Assembly: GCA_002633005.1 (NCBI GenBank)
Contig: NMRA01000080.1
Location: 587,291-651,290 of the forward strand
DNA length: 64,000 nucleotides
DNA from: Phoronis australis
Taxonomy: Eukaryota > Animalia > Phoronida
Direction: 5' to 3'
In this document: positions 59,501-64,000 of the stretch, piece after piece
Layout of the letters: each line of letters opens with the position of its first letter
How positions within the stretch are numbered: the stretch's first letter is position 1
Translations under genes and position numbers: made by a program
The notes under the pieces: model-generated
What the model was told of the DNA's origin: nothing
What the model saw: the letters and a program-made list of their open reading frames with translations, nothing else
Databases searched by the model: none

Positions 59501-62500
59501 TTTTGCATGACCTCACCGCATTCACAGAAATTTCATGCCACAGAACTCGCATGTCGTCGTGTAACCCTACCGTATTCTCTTTTGCCAGCATACGCGCTCA
59601 GTTCGGTCAGGACATTAAGGCCAACGCAGTGCATGGTCCGTCCAACCTAAACCAGGCGGAGGAAGAAATCAAGGCCATCTTTGGTGATATAGAAATAAAT
59701 AGTGACGGTACATTGAAAGGTTTGTTGTGGCTCTTGTGCTTCCTGACCTTCACCTTTTGCTTTCACCGTGGGAAATCACAAAATCACATCATCTCCTATT
59801 TGATTTTTTTTAGCCATGAAACTCATTTAGTATGCACACTGCTCTCACACAAACGCACACACACAAACACACACACGCACACACTGGTCTCCCATGAGGC
59901 CCTTGCCAGGCACACACACACGTGATAAAAGTTCATACATTGTTGGAATAACCTGTTGAGTATGTAGTATTTGTCACTCAGAGATTTTGAAAAGAAAGTT
60001 TAAAGACCAGGTTAAAATTTTTCACAAGATTGGACAAGATTGAAATTACGTTCAGCTAGAAATTTGCATAGTTAAGACGTGCCTGCAGATTATACAGTGA
60101 AAAGCTGAGTTTTAGGAAGAAAATGTTTAATTGACAGTTTACTGAAACCAACTTTCTTCAAGTGACATGTTAACGTTTCAAATTCCGTCATACCTGTAGG
60201 ATCAAATTATTCCAGATTAAGGCCACAGTGTGTAAGTTTTTTCTTTGCTGGCGGACAATTTGTCATCTTTCAATAATTGAGTATATCGAATTTTTTTTTC
60301 TGAAATTCACGTTATTAAGATTCACCACTAATCAAGCTGGGATTTTCGTAAAAAACAAATTGCGTTGATTAATTAAACTTTGTTTTATTCACCTACGGCT
60401 TAATCATCTACATGTATCTTGACATTCAAAAACAAAATCTTTAATAGGTAAGTGTTCGTGGTAACCCAATTTCCCACTGTCTCTCCAAACTGTTTACATT
60501 TATCCAAGAATTAATTTTAGTTTGTAATCAGTTTTTGCTGTGAACCGCTTTCCTTTTGTGTTACCTGGTAATGCCACTTTAATTTAGTGTTTCGCTATTT
60601 ATCACTAATGAAAATTAATTAATTTTGCTGCTTCCTGTGATCTAACTGATGTGTATAACTAATTTATTGACCCGTAGACCACACAATGCTTTTGTTTACC
60701 TTGTATTTTGAATCAACAATAAGTGTTGGTACAAATAACACCCGTGTGTAGCTACCTTCCACTTGTTTACCCGTGTGCACGTAGAGATGTTTTTGGTGTT
60801 ACAAAGCAGTTCTCGGATGACGTAAATTTCCGTTGTTTTGCCTGTAAATACTGATTAGCTAAAGGACGCCTCCCTCCTGTGAAAAACTACTGGAAAATAA
60901 GATGATAAAGGTATTGTCCATACGTGAAGAACTTGTACAAAATGATAGGAAGTAAAGATTCAAGGAAATCTCGTTGAACAAGATGAATTATTTTGGAAAA
61001 TTTCTTTTCCTTAAGTCATCGAACCGAAAAGTATATCCTGGAAAACTCTGTGGAAAATGAGTATTGTGTCATGGAAAACTCATGTAAAATCAGAAGCATA
61101 CTGTGGAAAATGAAAACAGTACAAGGGAAGCCAAGTGTAAATATTACATCTTATTCCTTGTAATTGACTGCGTCCAGTTGTACCTGTGAATATTAAGGGA
61201 ATCTGTTGCTAGAACGCTCTGGAGAAATTGATGCGTACTGTCTTGCTGAAAAAGCCAAGCTATGCCCTCTCTGTCACCTGCAGCATGTTCGTCTCCTGCT
61301 ATGATCAGAGAAGCCAATCGATCTTGACTACTTCCAGACCACTGAATCAAGCCTCTGAGCCACTGAATTTATTATTTTATGGAAGAATATGCACTCCAAA
61401 ATTTGGAATTAACCCTGGAGCTACTGAATCACGAGCACAAAATCAGTCTTCTGAATGAGGAATCATAAATTTAATATCTGCTGATATTTACCCTCAAAAT
61501 TACTGATTGATTTTCGTATTTGATAGAGTTGTTCTTTTGATTTTGATTCTGTGGTAGATGGTCGATTCAGAGCTCGGAAAGTAGAGGTTAATCTGATGTT
61601 GCCTATATAAGGAGGTCTTGTCGCACTGTCAATGCCACTCAGTACCTTTGTCAATAATATGTTTTGAAAATAAACTTAGGACTGTCTACTTGAATGTCCA
61701 GTTAAAGAGAGAACGTGTCATTTAAGATGTTATGTTTGGTAAAAATACAGATTCCAAGTTGTAATGGAGAGACATTTTCTTAGTTTTAATTACTGATCCC
61801 CTTGGGTGTATTTACTGTCTGTGGAACTTTGGAAATAGAATCTAAATGGCTCAGCCTATGGCTTGCACTGTGGTTCGCCGTTCACTTCCATTGGCCTAAT
61901 ACAAGTGACTGGCACTCACTGCCTTCAGTAGCAAGTAGTACCTTTGCCAGGTTGTTTAGGTCACTTTCTATCATCCCGTGTATTAATATACGCCTGGGGA
62001 GCGGTGATAAACACAAAAATTGTCTAAGATAGGCAGGTATCTGTGTGTTTTTACTAAAAGGCTTAACTCCAATAATTGTAGAGCTCCCCTTTAAGGCTCA
62101 GAATCTGTATGATATACCTGGTGTTTTTGTTCAATCTAACCCGCATATGGTTTTCTCGTTACAGAACCACCTCCAGCAGAGGGTGCCGGCCAGGGTAAGA
62201 AAATCTTTTTGCATAATATATATCAAATCGACCTTTTTTTTGAGTCACTTCACCGGTTTCGCCAAGTCAGTCGGCGAAGACACCTGATTGGTTCTCAATT
62301 GCGATTTCCTTGTTACCGCCCAATCAGCTGAGTCTTACTATGTAGAACCAGCATTGTAAATCAAGTGCAGGCATTATGCATCAAACTTGCCAGAGAAATT
62401 TTTGCTGTAATGAACCAAGTCAAGGAAGTGGTGTCTATATATGACTCCTTTGCTTTTGTTACACTAATGCGCAGGATTACTTCTATGAACTCGAATCCAG

Positions 62501-62815
62501 AATCTATGTCTTACTGCTCACATAATTTGACCAAGAACTCGGGTAAATTTAATGTCACATTGACGAACAATGATCTGCTATGAAATGCTGAGTACAAGGC
62601 ACGTGAGTGCTTTTTTCAAGCTCAGGTTTTTCTGACTCGAGTTCAAAGAAGGAGTCCGAAACATGACTTGTTATTGTCCTGTCAGCTTTCCCCCTGACAT
62701 CATTACTTGACCCCATGACATCATTGCCTGACCCCGTGACATCGTTACGTGACCCCATGCACCACTGTGTCTGCAGGTGAAGAGTCGGAATACTCAGAAG
62801 AGGACTTCGAACTAG
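41467..62815 (+). CDS. NME8: Thioredoxin-domain + three NDK-domain protein (NME8/NME9/TXNDC3 family; outer-arm dynein-associated), gene span, 3' end probably outside window
   Basis: [11 protein letters not shown]...VVDVYQ.WCGP; three NDK domains ([16 protein letters not shown]; [16 protein letters not shown]; [16 protein letters not shown]); exon phases consistent. Co-orthologous to NME8 and NME9. Confidence 0.92.
43036..43139 (+). CDS. NME8: NME8-like mutually exclusive exon 2a (WCGPS), [35 protein letters not shown]
   Basis: TACTAAC branch point, TTCCAG / GTAGGT, 104 nt, phase 1-0. Confidence 0.85.
43477..43580 (+). CDS. NME8: NME8-like mutually exclusive exon 2b (WCGPC), [35 protein letters not shown]
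   Basis: TATCAG / GTAAGA, 104 nt, phase 1-0. Confidence 0.92.
46249..46320 (+). CDS. NME8: NME8-like exon, [24 protein letters not shown]
   Basis: TTATAG / GTAAGT, phase 0-0. Confidence 0.92.
46460..46576 (+). CDS. NME8: NME8-like exon, [15 protein letters not shown]...ERKE
   Basis: TTGCAG / GTGAGC, phase 0-0. Confidence 0.92.
46888..46975 (+). CDS. NME8: NME8-like exon, acidic linker IRDPMLGE...DEDM
   Basis: CCATAG / GTAAGT, phase 0-1. Confidence 0.88.
49589..49671 (+). CDS. NME8: NME8-like exon, NDK1 start [21 protein letters not shown]
   Basis: TCCCAG / GTCAGT, phase 1-0. Confidence 0.92.
49706..49782. repeat. Tandem repeat (CTGAGCACATG) x7
   Basis: Directly visible. Confidence 0.95.
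50058..50150 (+). CDS. NME8: NME8-like exon, [31 protein letters not shown]
   Basis: GTTTAG / GTGAGT, phase 0-0. Confidence 0.92.
50341..50495 (+). CDS. NME8: NME8-like exon, [15 protein letters not shown]...WRELLGP...AKEAAPD
   Basis: TTTCAG / GTGGGT, phase 0-2. Confidence 0.92.
52498..52691 (+). CDS. NME8: NME8-like exon, SLRAQYG...NALHGSD...[11 protein letters not shown]
   Basis: TTTCAG / GTAGGA, phase 2-1. Confidence 0.92.
53022..53166 (+). CDS. NME8: NME8-like exon, [12 protein letters not shown]...[15 protein letters not shown]
   Basis: TTGCAG / GTATGC, phase 1-2. Confidence 0.92.
53688..53792 (+). CDS. NME8: NME8-like exon, [35 protein letters not shown]
   Basis: TTGCAG / GTAGTG, phase 2-2. 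Confidence 0.9.
54527..54580 (+). CDS. NME8: NME8-like acidic microexon, [17 protein letters not shown]
   Basis: ATTCAG / GTAAGA, 54 nt, phase 2-2. Confidence 0.75.
54950..55054 (+). CDS. NME8: NME8-like acidic exon, [34 protein letters not shown] (NAGNAG acceptor, alternative start 54953)
   Basis: TTCAGCAG / GTGAGA, phase 2-2. Confidence 0.75.
56205..56246 (+). CDS. NME8: NME8-like acidic microexon, [13 protein letters not shown]
   Basis: TTTCAG / GTGAGT, 42 nt, phase 2-2. Confidence 0.75.
56848..56959. repeat. Tandem repeat (GTGATATCAGCCTA) x8
   Basis: Directly visible. Confidence 0.95.
57366..57514 (+). CDS. NME8: NME8-like exon, LRAQFS...NPLHGSD...[10 protein letters not shown]
   Basis: TTTTAG / GTGAGA, phase 2-1. 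Confidence 0.92.
57953..58097 (+). CDS. NME8: NME8-like exon, [12 protein letters not shown]...[10 protein letters not shown]
   Basis: TTGTAG / GTAAGA, phase 1-2. Confidence 0.92.
58117..58320. repeat. Degenerate (GT/GTGCCT)-rich simple repeat
   Basis: Directly visible; source of spurious Cys/Val ORFs. Confidence 0.9.
58799..58906 (+). CDS. NME8: NME8-like exon, [36 protein letters not shown]
   Basis: TTACAG / GTATGG, phase 2-2. Confidence 0.92.
59589..59719 (+). CDS. NME8: NME8-like exon, [19 protein letters not shown]...DGTLK
   Basis: TGCCAG / GTTTGT, phase 2-1. Confidence 0.9.
62165..62194 (+). CDS. NME8: NME8-like tail microexon, [10 protein letters not shown]
   Basis: TTACAG / GTAAGA, 30 nt, phase 1-1; PPAEG resembles the 54527 exon. 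Confidence 0.7.
62691..62758. repeat. Three copies of a 21-bp unit (TGACATCATTACTTGACCCCA-like)
   Basis: Directly visible. Confidence 0.8.
62777..62815 (+). CDS. NME8: Probable NME8-like tail microexon, [13 protein letters not shown]
   Basis: CTGCAG acceptor, phase 1, acidic; weak donor GTTGTT so 3' boundary uncertain. Confidence 0.5.
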   Translation: MKSRNTQKRTSN

Positions 62816-64000
62816 GTTGTTATCTCGTTTTGTTTGCCTTGTTATGTTTTGTTGTGTGTGAAGTTGTTTGACTTGTTCTTTTCAGAGTTGATGGCCGTAT
62901 TATTTTGTAGTAAAATGATTGCTGAAACTTGGGTTTTGTTGTGAGCGTTATCTAGAGTCTGTTTGCATCGAGTGATAATTTTCTAGTTCTTTGATTCTGT
63001 GGAATGTCTGTCGTGTTCATGCAATTGTTTAATATGTGAGTAGTTTTTAGTTGATGATGCAAATGGCTGCTGTGCTTGACTTGATGGAGTGATTTCAAAA
63101 TTAATATTTTTTCTTTTGACTGGATCAGTTAAATAACAGCATTTTTACCCTCATTTGTCCCCAACATTAGGAACAGTTGACATTTCCTAGGATTGCTCGG
63201 GAAAATTTGCTTGCCTCTGTGGAGTAAATTGTTGTTTCAGAACGCTACAAGCATCGGTTGTCAGACATAATCTTAATTTTGTTGCTTAATTTCATATAAA
63301 TGAATGTGATCGGAGGTGTTTGAAGATGTGAAGCCTCCTTAGAAGTGCATCTGAATGTCCGATGTGTTTTTTGTCAGAGAATGCATGTGTTGTGTTGTGT
63401 TGTGTTGTGTCTGTTTATTGTCATTAATCTAATGTCGGATTCAGTGTCCAACTGTGGAACTATTCCAAAACGACCATAGCGCTGCGAAAAGTAAAGCCCA
63501 GTGGACACTATTTGCATGTGGTTCAGATACACTGTCTGGTTTTGTTGAACTGCGAAATTAGGATGTGATAATGAAATATTTTTGCTTATAATATTCAACT
63601 GCGTATGAAAAGGTGTCGGTTTTAATAAGTGTTGGTTACGGCATGTTTAATGTTGCGCTTTCAAATGTTGTCGTATGTGCTGTGGTAACAGTACATATGA
63701 TTCGGTGTTTCGTTATTCCTTCTTTGTGAACTGGTTGTTGTTGAGGGACCTACTTCGACTTTAATAAGATGTCATGCGTATAGTACCTGTAACAACTTAT
63801 TTATACTATGCCTGAATGATAAAGAGCAGAACTGATCTCCATGTAGTGTGTCTGTTCAATTTACTGCTGTGACCATAAGCTAAATTCGCAAGTGAGGAAA
63901 CTCATAGCAACCTGTTATGATAATCTTTAGCCTTTCTGGTGTGTAAAGCACTGGCCGGTGGCAAAAATGTAAGTTCACAGTTTTGAGTGCTAACAAGTAT

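Overview
Eukaryotic (metazoan, invertebrate-like; taxon not determinable from sequence alone) genomic DNA from a draft assembly. Genes built by hand from splice sites and reading phase: (1) intronless ZFAND1 (minus, 6929-7744); (2) complete 34-exon VPS8 (minus, 11289-39945, about 1383 aa, one GC-AG intron); (3) a B-box/NHL protein with an uninterrupted ORF ending in a CaaX box (CVIL), nested antisense in a VPS8 intron (25446-26897); (4) a thioredoxin + three-NDK-domain ciliary protein of the NME8/NME9 (TXNDC3) family (plus, from 41467, probably running past the window end), head-to-head with VPS8. Best observations: two mutually exclusive 104-nt exons giving the thioredoxin active site either WCGPS or WCGPC; acidic symmetric microexons inserted in the Kpn loop of NDK domain 2; a miniature LTR element whose LTRs contain a tRNA-like Pol III promoter (38203-38748); and two inverted, architecturally matched spliced units at 2.5-5.6 kb sharing ten copies of a 13-bp motif. 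Three tandem duplications flanking single Ns are most likely haplotype/assembly artefacts.
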